From positions 704,001 to 768,000 of the forward strand of contig CBDCVR010000013.1 of NCBI GenBank assembly GCA_965223155.1: a DNA stretch of 64,000 bases, given 5' to 3'. The notes under the pieces are model-generated. The model ran no database searches, was not told the origin of the DNA, and worked only from the letters and a program-made list of their open reading frames with translations. Positions 27,497-37,399 of the stretch are shown in pieces. Numbering within the stretch: position 1 is the first letter of the stretch; the number at the start of each line of letters is the position of its first letter. Both the position numbers and the translations under genes were made by a program. Source of the DNA: Candidatus Multivoradales bacterium (lineage in GTDB: Bacteria > Acidobacteriota > Thermoanaerobaculia > Multivoradales > JAHEKO01).

Positions 27497-29125
27497 CTAG
27501 AAACGGTAGGAAAGACCGATCGTGCCGATCAGGGGATCGACATCGAAGTCGGCGTCGCTCGAGTCGGCGCCGGCGGTCAGGTACCGACCGGTAATGCTTA
27601 GAGCCCACGGACTCTGCCAGCCGAAGTAGATGTCGGCGCCCACCTTGGCCCCAAAACCCACTTCGCTGTCGAAGTTCTCGCCGTCGTTGAGCGACGAGCC
27701 TCCGAAGTCGATGAAGCTCACGATCGGACCCAGATAGACGTCAACCAGACGGTCCAGGCCGAAGTGGTAGTTGAGTCCGAGCTCCAGCGGCTCGAAGGAG
27801 ACTTCCTCCGTGCTCATGAACCAGTCCTCGCCGATGTCGATGACCAGATTGCCGTCGAGATCCAGATTCATGTAGTTGACGTCGAAGCCGAGCTTCTCGC
27901 CAAAGAGGTACTCGACGCCGAGGCCGAAGCCGTCGCCGCCGCTAATCGAGCGCTTGATCCGAGTCTCTTCGATGCCGGGACCACCAAAGGCGGTCATCAC
28001 CGCGCCCGTGGAAACGTCGGCCCGCGCGAGGTAGCCACGCACGATCCAGTTGCCGCCACGCGGGTCGCGGGTGGCCGTCATGGTGATCGTCTTGGTCTCG
28101 GTCATGCCGTTGTGCTCGGTCACGACCTCCACCTGATACTCGTAGTCGCCCGGCTTGGCCGGCAGTGATGCGCTGGGATCGAAGGTCCACTGGTTGGGGC
28201 CGGTCTGCACCAGGCCCTCGGTCACGGGCTGGCCGTCCGGTCCGATAACGCTCTTGATCGAAACGTCGCCGGTGCTGCCGGAGCCGTCGATCGTCAGGAC
28301 GCCGCTCTCGGGATCGGTCGTGATCTCGAAGACCCCTTCGGGCTTGATTCGCTCAACGTCCACGCCGGCGCTGGCGGTTGCCGTCCGGCCATCGTCGCAG
28401 ACGCCGGTGGCGGTGAACTCGTAGCGCCCGTCCGCGGTTGGCGGATAGGTCCAGGTCCCATCGGCACCCCCGACCTTGGCCAGGTCGCCGGCCCCATCCG
28501 GCTCTTGCACGTCGGTGATCGCCATGCGCTCGCAATCGGTGGTACCGGTCAAGTCGATAACGTCACCCTCGGCGTCGAACGTCGCACTCAGCGACGCCGT
28601 CGGCGGCGGATCCAGACGCGTTGTGCCGCGCTCGATGGCCAGATTCAGGCAGGCCTCGGGGACGACGAAGTTGTAGCTGTAGCCGTTCGACGACACCTGG
28701 ATGTTCCAGGCCGGAAAGGGCTCCTTGCCGCGCCACAGCAGGTTGTTGACGCAAGCCGCCTCACCGCGCTTGCGGTAGGCCATCCAATCGAATTCGGTAA
28801 GCGGCTCGACCGCCCGCGCGGAGACGCCTTCACCGCTGGCAACGGCGGCGAACAGATCCTCGGGGTCGCCACCCCAGCGAGTCAGAGCGAGCACGCGCTC
28901 CAAATCCGCGCGGTGCTCGACAAAGAGCCGCTGCAAATCGGCCATCGTGTCGGCGGACTCGGACGAGAACGTCGTCCGCGGATTACCGAACCGGGTAACC
29001 GCGGCAACACGGTCGCCTCCGGTGCAATCATTTTCCTGGGCCAGCGCCACTTCGGTGGCAAGCATTCCGAAGCCAAACGCCAGCAACAGAGCGAAGACCA
29101 TCCTACGGAGAACTTGAAGTTTCAT
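27497..29125 (-). CDS. Multidomain outer-membrane protein with C-terminal OmpW-like beta-barrel
   Basis: GGGAGG RBS; signal MKLQVLRRMVFALLLAFGFGMLATEVALA; Ig/PKD-like middle; barrel strands GFGLGVEYLF, LGLNYHF, GFGAKVGADI, DPLIGTIGLSYRF. Confidence 0.82.
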   Translation of the reverse strand: MKLQVLRRMVFALLLAFGFGMLATEVALAQENDCTGGDRVAAVTRFGNPRTTFSSESADTMADLQRLFVEHRADLERVLALTRWGGDPEDLFAAVASGEGVSARAVEPLTEFDWMAYRKRGEAACVNNLLWRGKEPFPAWNIQVSSNGYSYNFVVPEACLNLAIERGTTRLDPPPTASLSATFDAEGDVIDLTGTTDCERMAITDVQEPDGAGDLAKVGGADGTWTYPPTADGRYEFTATGVCDDGRTATASAGVDVERIKPEGVFEITTDPESGVLTIDGSGSTGDVSIKSVIGPDGQPVTEGLVQTGPNQWTFDPSASLPAKPGDYEYQVEVVTEHNGMTETKTITMTATRDPRGGNWIVRGYLARADVSTGAVMTAFGGPGIEETRIKRSISGGDGFGLGVEYLFGEKLGFDVNYMNLDLDGNLVIDIGEDWFMSTEEVSFEPLELGLNYHFGLDRLVDVYLGPIVSFIDFGGSSLNDGENFDSEVGFGAKVGADIYFGWQSPWALSITGRYLTAGADSSDADFDVDPLIGTIGLSYRF

Positions 29126-29201
29126 CGTAAACCTCCCGCGTATCAACGCGTTTTCTTGCTTTCTAGTTGAGCCGGCCCTCGCTCCATGGGCTCGACGCCC
29201 C

Positions 29202-29230
29202 ATCATGTGCCGAGGTCGGCGGCAAGTCAA
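29202..29230 (-). promoter_or_regulatory. Putative sigma70 promoter for the beta-barrel gene
   Basis: TTGACT-N17-CATGAT on the minus strand. Confidence 0.45.
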
Positions 29231-29235
29231 CGTTT

Positions 29236-31380
29236 TCAAAGAAATTTCCGGGTACTCCGACGCTCGGCGAGCCAAAGAAGTGCCCACGCCACAAGGACGG
29301 CAAGAAAGAGCGGCCAGCGCGGCACCGGCCGCCAAAATCGGGACGGCTGGACCGCCTCGTCCTCGTCCCGCGGGCCCGCTTCTCCGCCCGGCCCGGCCAT
29401 GCCTCCGAGGACGGCTCCGGCACCCAGAGACCGAGCCCGCAGGCCCACCGCTCGGCTCTGGTCCAACCAGCCCCGGTGCCGGTCCGAAGGGGCTACCCAG
29501 AGCCACGCCTCGCCCGCCTCGGAGCCCGCCTCGGCATCGGTGGCATCGGAAGCATCGGTGGCATCGGCGGTCACTCGCAGCCGGTGCCAGCCGGCCTGCC
29601 TGGGCCAGAAGGTAAGCCGCCAGAGCAAGGGATCGGCCAGGTCTTGGACCACGGGCACCGGATAGGCTTCCTCGCCGGTTGCCACCGTCACTCGAGGCAG
29701 AGTCCCGGCGCCGGCGACTCGAGCTGCTAGAGCCCCCCGCAACGTCAGCTCGACTTGAGTCGGTCGGCCGACCAGGACAGGAGCGGCCGGCATCGACCAG
29801 GCGAGTAGTTCCGGGTTTCGCGCCACCTCGTTCAGGACCCGGTTCCAGAACGCCCGGTACGCCGCGCGCTCGCCCGCTAAGGTCCACCGGTAGAGGTCCT
29901 CCAGGACGGTGACCGCCAGCCGGCCGCGCCCCCACGGCCGGACCGCGGCCACCACTCGCCCGGCCTGATCCCGAGCCAGCGGACCCAAGCTGAAACCCAA
30001 CCCCGACGCTTCATCCGCGTCCGAACCCAAGACGAGCTCCAGCGGAGGCACCTCGAGCGGCGGCAATGGCTCGACGCCGGGCCAGGCAAGGCGAGCCGTG
30101 AGCGTCTCGTCGGCTACCGCCCTCCGCACCGCGGACCCGAGAAGCGGATCCAGGCCGGCAGCGGCGCTTCGGCCCCGGACCGCGTGGAGCCACACTCCGA
30201 CACCGTCGGCGCGAACCGCCTCCCGGAGCGTCTGCCGGCCGGAGGCTCCCAGAGCCGCCAGGGATCTCGGGTCCACGACCACCAGATCGAAAGACGCCAG
30301 GCCGGCCCGGTTCAGGCGCACCGGAGTCGCCGGAGCCAGGTTCACCAGCTCGGTCCGGTACCGTCCCAGGCTCACTCGCGAGCGCACCACCATCTCGAAG
30401 CCGGCGTCGCCGAGCCAGTTCTTGAGATGCCGGGCCTCGAAGCCGGGCGCCTCCTGGAGCCAGAGCACCCGGCGGCGCGAGGCCGCTTGGACCACGACTC
30501 CAAAGGGCTCTTCGACCAGTCTCCGGCCGTTCCGATCCTCCACCCGCACGCGGTAGACGTAGCGGCCCACGCGCTTGGTAGGAATCGAGACCGTCACGTC
30601 GCCGAGCTCGGAGTCAGCCTCTTGCGGCGCGCTTGCCTCAGCATCCAGGTCGATCCGGGCCTCCTCGCCTCCTGGACCGGCGACCGTAACGGCGCCCAGG
30701 TCCCGCCGCGGCTCGAGCTGGATCCGAAGGGCTATCGCCTCGCCCAGCGTCACCCGGCGCGGGACCGTCAGCGCTCGCACCACCGGCCGCTCTCCGGCCG
30801 GCACGGGTTCATGCTCGACGGTGACCCCGGCCAGGCGCTCCAGATCCCACGGATCGAGGCCGGAGCCGTACACGCGCACCGCCACCAGGTCCGGCCGTTC
30901 TCGCGCCAAGAATCCGGTATCGGCGATCCGCCGTACCGACTCTGCCACCGTCCTCGCGCCCTCGGAGTCCGAGCGCGGCTTCTCATCTTGGCCGTCGCGG
31001 CCATCGCCGGGGTCGCTCGGATCCCGGGGGGCTGGTGCTCCCGCCAGGACGAAGGTGTTGCCGGCTCCAAACCGATCCACTGCCTCGTTCCGTTGCTGGC
31101 TCGAGGCTCGGTCGGTCAACAGCGCGCCGCCGCCCGCCGGGCGCTTCCCGGGTACGCGAGGCTCGACCGCGAGGAGCCAAAGACCGGCCGCCAGCACCGC
31201 CCAGAGCGCCCGACGCCAGACCGGAAGGCGCCTCCGCGCTTCGGCGCGCCAAACCAGGACCAAGAGCACGATCAAGGCCGCCGCCAGGCCGGCCGCGAAG
31301 AGCGGCGGCACCCCCAGCCAGCTGCCACCATCGACCGCTCCCGGCAACTCCAGCAAGCCCGTCAAACCATCGCGGTTCAC
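29236..31380 (-). CDS. Membrane-anchored protein of the MoxR operon
   Basis: N-terminal TMs, PGFEARHLKNWL, YRWTLAGE..YRAFW, FWPRQAGWH, C-terminal TM LLWLAERR; GTGA overlap with the upstream gene. Confidence 0.8.
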   Translation of the reverse strand: MNRDGLTGLLELPGAVDGGSWLGVPPLFAAGLAAALIVLLVLVWRAEARRRLPVWRRALWAVLAAGLWLLAVEPRVPGKRPAGGGALLTDRASSQQRNEAVDRFGAGNTFVLAGAPAPRDPSDPGDGRDGQDEKPRSDSEGARTVAESVRRIADTGFLARERPDLVAVRVYGSGLDPWDLERLAGVTVEHEPVPAGERPVVRALTVPRRVTLGEAIALRIQLEPRRDLGAVTVAGPGGEEARIDLDAEASAPQEADSELGDVTVSIPTKRVGRYVYRVRVEDRNGRRLVEEPFGVVVQAASRRRVLWLQEAPGFEARHLKNWLGDAGFEMVVRSRVSLGRYRTELVNLAPATPVRLNRAGLASFDLVVVDPRSLAALGASGRQTLREAVRADGVGVWLHAVRGRSAAAGLDPLLGSAVRRAVADETLTARLAWPGVEPLPPLEVPPLELVLGSDADEASGLGFSLGPLARDQAGRVVAAVRPWGRGRLAVTVLEDLYRWTLAGERAAYRAFWNRVLNEVARNPELLAWSMPAAPVLVGRPTQVELTLRGALAARVAGAGTLPRVTVATGEEAYPVPVVQDLADPLLWRLTFWPRQAGWHRLRVTADATDASDATDAEAGSEAGEAWLWVAPSDRHRGWLDQSRAVGLRARSLGAGAVLGGMAGPGGEAGPRDEDEAVQPSRFWRPVPRWPLFLAVLVAWALLWLAERRSTRKFL

Positions 31381-33677
31381 TGGAGCTCCTCGGCGTAGGC
31401 ATCGAACAACGACGATCCCGTCCGACCCGCCGCCGGTGCCGGCTCTGCCTCGGGCAGGCGCCGCCAGAGCGCCGCCAGCACGGCCTCGATCTCGACGGCC
31501 GGCACGGTCTCGCCCGCCGCCGCCTGGGCGGTCTCCCGCGCCAGCATCTCGAGCAGGGCAAGCTCGTCGTCGCCTCCTCCGCTGGCCGTGGCTCCCGCTC
31601 CCGCCCCCTGGGTGTCTGAGCCAGCTGAGTTACTTGAGCCTGAGCCGGCACCCGGCCGGGCACGCGACAGGCCCCCGGTCTCGGACTCGGCCAGGATGGA
31701 GCGCGCCAGCAGACGCCGAGCCCGGTCCAGGGTCCCGGCGAGCTTGTCACCGGAGCGCGCCCGAGCCGGTTCCGCCGAATACTCCGACAGGGAGTCGAAG
31801 ATCTCGCTCAGCTCGACCGAGTCCCGCCGCGCGGCACGGCGGCGCACCCGCGTGCTGCCGATTCGGTCCAACTCACCGGAGAGCCTACGCCCGGCCGGAT
31901 CCAGCGGCGGCGCCTCGAAGCCCACCTTCTGCACGTAGATCCGCGAGCGCTCCTGGGCTTGTTTCAACAGATACAAGGCCCGGTACTCCGACGGCAAAGC
32001 CTCCCGGGGCCTGATCGACCGCAGGTTCCCCTCGGCGGTCCACATCTCCGCCAGTGCCGAGCGCAGCCGGGTACGCACGCCGGCGTCGAAAAAGGTCGCC
32101 AGATCCTGGACGTCGTGTTCGTGGAGGACGCCCTCGGGCAGGATCGAGGCCAGCCCGCCGTCGTCGTCGCCGTGTTCGTCTTCGTGTTCGGCCTCGTCTT
32201 CCGCGTCGGTCAGGGCGCGGCCGTCCACGAACTCCTCGCCCAGGAGGGTGCCGTAGCGCATGCGCAGCGCGCGCTGGTCGAAGCCCAGGGCCTGGCTTCT
32301 GCGTGCCAGCTCTTCCTCTCCGAGGCCATCGGCCTCGGCCAGCAGCCTCTCGGTGTCCAGGATGATCTGGCGCTGGCTCCGGAAGAGATCGGGGACGGCG
32401 AACACCGGCAGGCCCTCGCCCAGGCCGGCCGTAGCGCCCGACCCACCGGGCCGGCGCACGATGTGCGTCGTGCTTCGGGCCCGATTGGCCACCGGCGTCC
32501 GGTTGTCGGCGGCCTCGACGTGGAAATAGAGATCGGTGCCAGGCACCACGCCCAGCTCATCCAGGTCCAGCGCGGTTCGATAGATACCGTCCGCACGGTC
32601 ACCTTCGCGACGCGGCAGCCCGAACGAACGCTCCCGAAACTCCACCAGCTCACCGGTCCCAGAGGCCACCGTGACCACCAAGCGTGTTCGGACGACGGCG
32701 AAGTCATCCTCGATCCGCGCCTCGACCGCAAGGCGACCGGCGTCCGCGCCTTCCGGGACCTCCAGCAACGTGAAGGCATCCGGATGGGCCACCTGAATGC
32801 GAGGCTCTCGATCGGCGATCATCTCGAGCTTGGCCGGCTTGGTGCGCGCCACCGCGACCTCTTTCCGGAGCCGCTCGGCGAAGACCAGGCGGGATCTCTC
32901 GAGCACCAGCTCCGCGCCTCGCCGAGTGTTGGACGAGGCGCCGACTTCGCTCTCGGACCCGAGTGGCAGGCGCTCGTCGTCGAAGACCGCCACCGCTCTC
33001 TCGCCCGGCCCCACCGGCCCGGCGTCGAGCCACAGGCGGGCGCCTTCGGGAATCCGGATCCGCCTCCCGCCGGCATCGGCCACTCCCCAAGGCTCGAGCC
33101 CGGTGTATTCCGGCGGCTGGATCTCGAGCCCCAGTCGGAGAGCGGACTCGGACGCCGGACCGGCGCCGGGAGCGGCGATATCGGTCGGCGAGCCGCCACC
33201 TCGGGCCATCCCGGCCGGCGGCAGGAACGACACCGCCCCCCAGGCGGCGGCCGCGAGCCCGAGACCGACCACCGCCAGAGCCGCGGCGTGCGATCCGGAA
33301 AGTCCCGGCAGCGGCACCGCCGCGACCTCGAGCCCGGACAGGGCCCTATCGATTCGCCGGCGCTGCAGACGCTGTACCGGCATCAGGTCCGAGGGCTCAG
33401 CCACCAGAAGCTCGGCGCTGTGCTCGAGCTCCGGCACGCCGCAGTCCAGTCGTTCCAGAAGCCGGCTACGAACGGGCGGCCGGCCGGCCCAGGCGGCGCA
33501 GGAAAAAACGATTGCGGCGCCGATCGCCGGTAGCCACCACCACGGCAGGCCGGCCCAAGCGGTTACCAGAACCGCGAGCGGCGCCAGGGCCACGGCGGCC
33601 GGCACCACCATCGCAGCCACGCGGCGGCGACGCCAACGCCGTTCCAAGCGGGCCAAGAACGCCGAAACGCCGGTCAT
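31377..33677 (-). CDS. DUF4175-like membrane protein
   Basis: IQPPEYTG, DDFAV, VASGTGELVEFRE, FRSQRQIILDTERL, DQRALRMRYG, MWTAEGNLR, RIYVQKVGF. Confidence 0.8.
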   Translation of the reverse strand: MTGVSAFLARLERRWRRRRVAAMVVPAAVALAPLAVLVTAWAGLPWWWLPAIGAAIVFSCAAWAGRPPVRSRLLERLDCGVPELEHSAELLVAEPSDLMPVQRLQRRRIDRALSGLEVAAVPLPGLSGSHAAALAVVGLGLAAAAWGAVSFLPPAGMARGGGSPTDIAAPGAGPASESALRLGLEIQPPEYTGLEPWGVADAGGRRIRIPEGARLWLDAGPVGPGERAVAVFDDERLPLGSESEVGASSNTRRGAELVLERSRLVFAERLRKEVAVARTKPAKLEMIADREPRIQVAHPDAFTLLEVPEGADAGRLAVEARIEDDFAVVRTRLVVTVASGTGELVEFRERSFGLPRREGDRADGIYRTALDLDELGVVPGTDLYFHVEAADNRTPVANRARSTTHIVRRPGGSGATAGLGEGLPVFAVPDLFRSQRQIILDTERLLAEADGLGEEELARRSQALGFDQRALRMRYGTLLGEEFVDGRALTDAEDEAEHEDEHGDDDGGLASILPEGVLHEHDVQDLATFFDAGVRTRLRSALAEMWTAEGNLRSIRPREALPSEYRALYLLKQAQERSRIYVQKVGFEAPPLDPAGRRLSGELDRIGSTRVRRRAARRDSVELSEIFDSLSEYSAEPARARSGDKLAGTLDRARRLLARSILAESETGGLSRARPGAGSGSSNSAGSDTQGAGAGATASGGGDDELALLEMLARETAQAAAGETVPAVEIEAVLAALWRRLPEAEPAPAAGRTGSSLFDAYAEELQ

Positions 33678-35401
33678 GCGGGAGCCTCGTCCGGAACCTT
33701 GGTCTCAGCTCGATTCCCTGACCTAGCCGCGGCCCGGTCAGCGGTTCTTCCGGCCCAAGTCGGGCCGGCGGGCCGGCCACGACCCTCGCCAACCCCCAGG
33801 CTCCGATAGGCCAGGAGGCGCTCCAGCCCAAGCAACGTCACCAGCATCATCCAGAGTGCATCGCGAAGCCAGAAGGTGTCCCGGCGCAGCCGGGCGGGCG
33901 CGCCGACGACGGGCTCTGCCTCCCCAACCGAGTCGGTTCGTACCTGCTCCCAGGCAAGCACTTCGAGCCGCGAACCGTCCAGGCCGGCGGGCCGCACGCG
34001 ACTCGCCGGCCTCTCCGCCTCGAACCCGCCCGACTCTTCGGCCCAAGACTCGCCCGCGCCGGCGAGATCGAGAAGCAGGTCCTCGAGCCAAACCAGAAGC
34101 TCCGGGCTCGAGACCAGCGAGGACCACTGCGGATGAAAGCGTGAGTCGAACTCGAGCCGCCGGACGCCAGCCCACCGGCGAACGGCGAGCACCGCTTCTC
34201 CGGTCTCCAGGCGCCATAGTGGGAGCGGCGCCTCGGCGCCGGCGTCGTCCCGGCCTTGCCGGCGGCCACAGCGGGCAAACTCGACCCGGTCCCGACGACC
34301 CGCCCACAGGCCCCGGCAGGACCGCCACGGCGCCACGCCGTCAGTCACCAGCCATCCTCCGGGCCGCAGCTGGAGCGCCTCGGCTTCGGGCGCTTCGTCC
34401 GCCAGCCAGAAGAGGAGGTGCGCGACTTCGTCCGCAGCCGGGTCACCCCCGCTCGCGGCCGGCGCGAGCGGACCGTCGACCGTCAAGGTCAGCGGCAGCC
34501 GCCTACCCAGGACGGTGAGCGCGGCTGCCAGATGCCGAGCGTCGGTCGCGCGGTCGGGATCGGCGACCAAATGGACGGCAATCACGGGCCCGTTTCCCGG
34601 TCCGGACCAGCCGTCGTCCGAGGCGACCTGCCCGCCGTCGGCCAGCGTCAGGGTCGCCCTCGAGGCTGAGCCAGAAGGGCTTTCGGCGGTCAGGACCTCG
34701 ACGGCCGGCCGCCGATCGAACCATCGCCCCGCCGCCGAGCTCGCGCCCACGATGACTTGCGCCGACCCGTCGACGGCTGACCCAGGTGGACCGAGGCCGG
34801 CGATCCAGTAATTGACCGAGTCCGCGTCCGCAGCCGGTACCACATCCCAGGACACGCGCGGGCCCAGCCGGGGACGGGCACCGCGGAAGCCGGAAACGCG
34901 GCCGGAGGACAGCACCCGAATCTCGTGTCCCGGAAACTTCGCCTCGGCCTCCGCAGCCAGCGACCAGGCATCCACGTCGCGACCGGCGCCACTCGCAACG
35001 GGACCGCCGGCCGCGGTGATCTCTTGGAGCTCGGGGAAGCCGGGAGCCAGAAGGCGAACCTGAGTGCCGGCCGGCGGCTCGCCGGTTTGGAATCGCTCCG
35101 CCAGTACCGGATCGACCAGAAGCAGCTCGTTCTCGACGGCGGCGGGCTCCGCGGCCCGGCGCAAGGTTGGCCCGGCCAGGACCGCGGCCAGCACCGCCAG
35201 CAGCAGACACCGCACAGCCAGTAGCGGAAACTGACTTGGACTGAGGCGCCGCAGGTTCCGGCTCTCGGGACCCTCGAGAAACCGCGTGGTGCCCAGGCGG
35301 ACTGCCCGCCCGCGCCCCCGGCCCAGAAGATGGATCGCGATCGGCACGACGATCGCCGCCGTGCCCAAGAGCCATACCGGCGCAAGCCAGAACCAGGTCA
35401 C
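33674..35401 (-). CDS. BatA-domain membrane protein
   Basis: WLAPVWLLG..VPIAIHLL..GTTRFL..LLAVRCLLLAVLAAVLAGP; C-terminal TM GLERLL. Confidence 0.82.
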   Translation of the reverse strand: MTWFWLAPVWLLGTAAIVVPIAIHLLGRGRGRAVRLGTTRFLEGPESRNLRRLSPSQFPLLAVRCLLLAVLAAVLAGPTLRRAAEPAAVENELLLVDPVLAERFQTGEPPAGTQVRLLAPGFPELQEITAAGGPVASGAGRDVDAWSLAAEAEAKFPGHEIRVLSSGRVSGFRGARPRLGPRVSWDVVPAADADSVNYWIAGLGPPGSAVDGSAQVIVGASSAAGRWFDRRPAVEVLTAESPSGSASRATLTLADGGQVASDDGWSGPGNGPVIAVHLVADPDRATDARHLAAALTVLGRRLPLTLTVDGPLAPAASGGDPAADEVAHLLFWLADEAPEAEALQLRPGGWLVTDGVAPWRSCRGLWAGRRDRVEFARCGRRQGRDDAGAEAPLPLWRLETGEAVLAVRRWAGVRRLEFDSRFHPQWSSLVSSPELLVWLEDLLLDLAGAGESWAEESGGFEAERPASRVRPAGLDGSRLEVLAWEQVRTDSVGEAEPVVGAPARLRRDTFWLRDALWMMLVTLLGLERLLAYRSLGVGEGRGRPAGPTWAGRTADRAAARSGNRAETKVPDEAPA

Positions 35402-36303
35402 GCGGCACCCCGCCGGAGCAATACGCTCCGGAGCACGCCGTCCAGTGGCTCGGTGATGTCTGCCAGCCGGTAGACGGCGCCGCGGGCCAGGGCCCGGTCC
35501 CGGCACGAGGACAGAAATGCCTCCAGCCGCTCGCGGTAGCCGGCGGCAAGCGCGCCCGCGTCTCCGGTCAGCCGCTCGCCGGTTTCGAGATCCACGAACT
35601 CGAAATCGCCGCGCCGCGACCAAGCCCGCTCCTCGGCCCCAACGAGCTGAAGGACGTAGACATCATGGCCGAGCGCGCGCCAGGTCTCGAGCGCGGCCCA
35701 AAACTCGCCATCGGCGTCGTAGAGATCCGACAGCAGCACGACGATCTCGCGCTCGCGCCGGTTGCAGCAGGCCGCGCACAGCGCTTCCCCGGAGGGCACG
35801 GACCCCACAGCCTCGGCCGCCTCGAGGGCCGCGAGGACGCGAGCCACGGCGGCTCCCCTGAGAGACGGCGCGAGGTCAACCGATGCGCCCCGGCCCAGCA
35901 GGTTGAGTGCCACCCGGTCTCCCTGACGGTCGGCCAGGTAGGCCATGCAGGCGGCCAGGTAGCGCGCGTAGTCCAGCTTGCTGGTCCCGCCTTCTTGGTA
36001 GGCCATCGACGCCGAAGCGTCGACCACGAGCCGCACGGTCACGTCCCGCTCCACCTCCGCGTCGCGTACGTACAGGCGCCCGCTCCGCGCCAGGAGCTTC
36101 CAGTCCAGGCGCCGGGGATCATCGCCCGGCTCGTAGCTACGGTACTGCTGGAACTCAACGCCGGGCCCGGGCCGGCGATCGGGATGCTCGCCCGACAAGA
36201 AGCCCTCCACCACCACCCGGGCGATGAGCCCCAAATCGCCGATCGCCTGGACGGCTTCCGTCGGCAGCAGGCGGTGGCCGGGCGTCCGCCGCCGGGCCTT
36301 CAT
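35398..36303 (-). CDS. DUF58 (VWA-like) protein
   Basis: GVEFQQYRSYEPGDDPRRLDWK, VDASASM, LSDLY, FVDLETG. Confidence 0.9.
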   Translation of the reverse strand: MKARRRTPGHRLLPTEAVQAIGDLGLIARVVVEGFLSGEHPDRRPGPGVEFQQYRSYEPGDDPRRLDWKLLARSGRLYVRDAEVERDVTVRLVVDASASMAYQEGGTSKLDYARYLAACMAYLADRQGDRVALNLLGRGASVDLAPSLRGAAVARVLAALEAAEAVGSVPSGEALCAACCNRREREIVVLLSDLYDADGEFWAALETWRALGHDVYVLQLVGAEERAWSRRGDFEFVDLETGERLTGDAGALAAGYRERLEAFLSSCRDRALARGAVYRLADITEPLDGVLRSVLLRRGAA

Positions 36304-36364
36304 CGCTCGCTTACCCCCGCCGGCGGCGGATCGATCCGGGTCGGGGACACGGCGGGCACGGTAG

Positions 36365-37387
36365 TCAGCTCGGCGCCGGCGTCGCCTCGAGAACGGCGGC
36401 GGCGACCTCATCGAGCGATCGTCTCTCCGCTTGCGCCTTGTAATTGACGACCAACCGGTGGCGCAGGACCGGCGGCACGACCTCGCGCACATCGTCCCCC
36501 AGCACCGAGTAGCGGCCGTCCAGGAAGGCTCGGGCCTTGGCCGCCAGCACGACCGCCTGGCCGGCCCGTGGACCGGCGCCCCAGTCGACGTAGTCACGCA
36601 CGGCCGCCACGTCGCTGTCCTGGGGACGAGTTGCCCGCACCAGCCGAGCGATCCAGCCTAGGAGCGGCCTGCTGACGTGGACCTGGCGCACGAGAGCCTG
36701 GGCCGCCAGCAGCTCCTCCGCCGCCATCACCGCCCGCACCGGGGCCGGGTCTTCCCCGGTCGTGGCCGCCAGGATCTCGACCTCGGTCTCCGCATCGGGA
36801 TAGGTCACTTCGAGTTGCATCAGGAACCGATCCAGCTGCGCTTCGGGGAGAGGATATGTCCCCGTCTGCTCGATCGGGTTCTGGGTCGCAAGCACGAAAA
36901 AGGGACGCTCCAGCGGATAGGTGACGCCGCCATAGGTGACCGCGTACTCCTGCATCGCCTCGAGCAGCGCCGACTGCGTCTTGGGAGGACTGCGGTTGAC
37001 CTCGTCGGCAAGTACCAGGTTGGCGAAAACCGGGCCTCGATGAAAGCGAAAGCTCTTGTCACCCCGATCTCCTGGCACCAGGATCTCGGTTCCCAGAATG
37101 TCGGACGGCATCAGATCGGGCGTAAACTGAATGCGTTTGAAGCCGAGCTCCAACGCCTCGCCCAGGGTCCGGATCATCAGCGTCTTGGCCAGCCCGGGCA
37201 CGCCTTCCAGCAGGCAGTGCCCGCCCGCCAAGAGCGCCACCAGAAGACCGCGCACCACCTCCCGCTGGCCCAGGATCACCTTGCCGATCTCGGCCTCCAG
37301 CTCCGACACCGTAGCCGCGATGCGTTCCACTTCGCGTTCGTCGACGCGTGCCGGGGAGCCTTCGATCAGAGCCGAATCGTCGTTCAT
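36365..37387 (-). CDS. MoxR-family AAA+ ATPase
   Basis: GVPGLAKT, RIQFTPDLMPSD, ADEVNR..KTQSALLEAMQE, ATQNPIEQ.GTYPLPEAQLDRF, GAGPRA. Confidence 0.95.
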   Translation of the reverse strand: MNDDSALIEGSPARVDEREVERIAATVSELEAEIGKVILGQREVVRGLLVALLAGGHCLLEGVPGLAKTLMIRTLGEALELGFKRIQFTPDLMPSDILGTEILVPGDRGDKSFRFHRGPVFANLVLADEVNRSPPKTQSALLEAMQEYAVTYGGVTYPLERPFFVLATQNPIEQTGTYPLPEAQLDRFLMQLEVTYPDAETEVEILAATTGEDPAPVRAVMAAEELLAAQALVRQVHVSRPLLGWIARLVRATRPQDSDVAAVRDYVDWGAGPRAGQAVVLAAKARAFLDGRYSVLGDDVREVVPPVLRHRLVVNYKAQAERRSLDEVAAAVLEATPAPS

Positions 37388-37399
37388 TCCGTTGGCATC

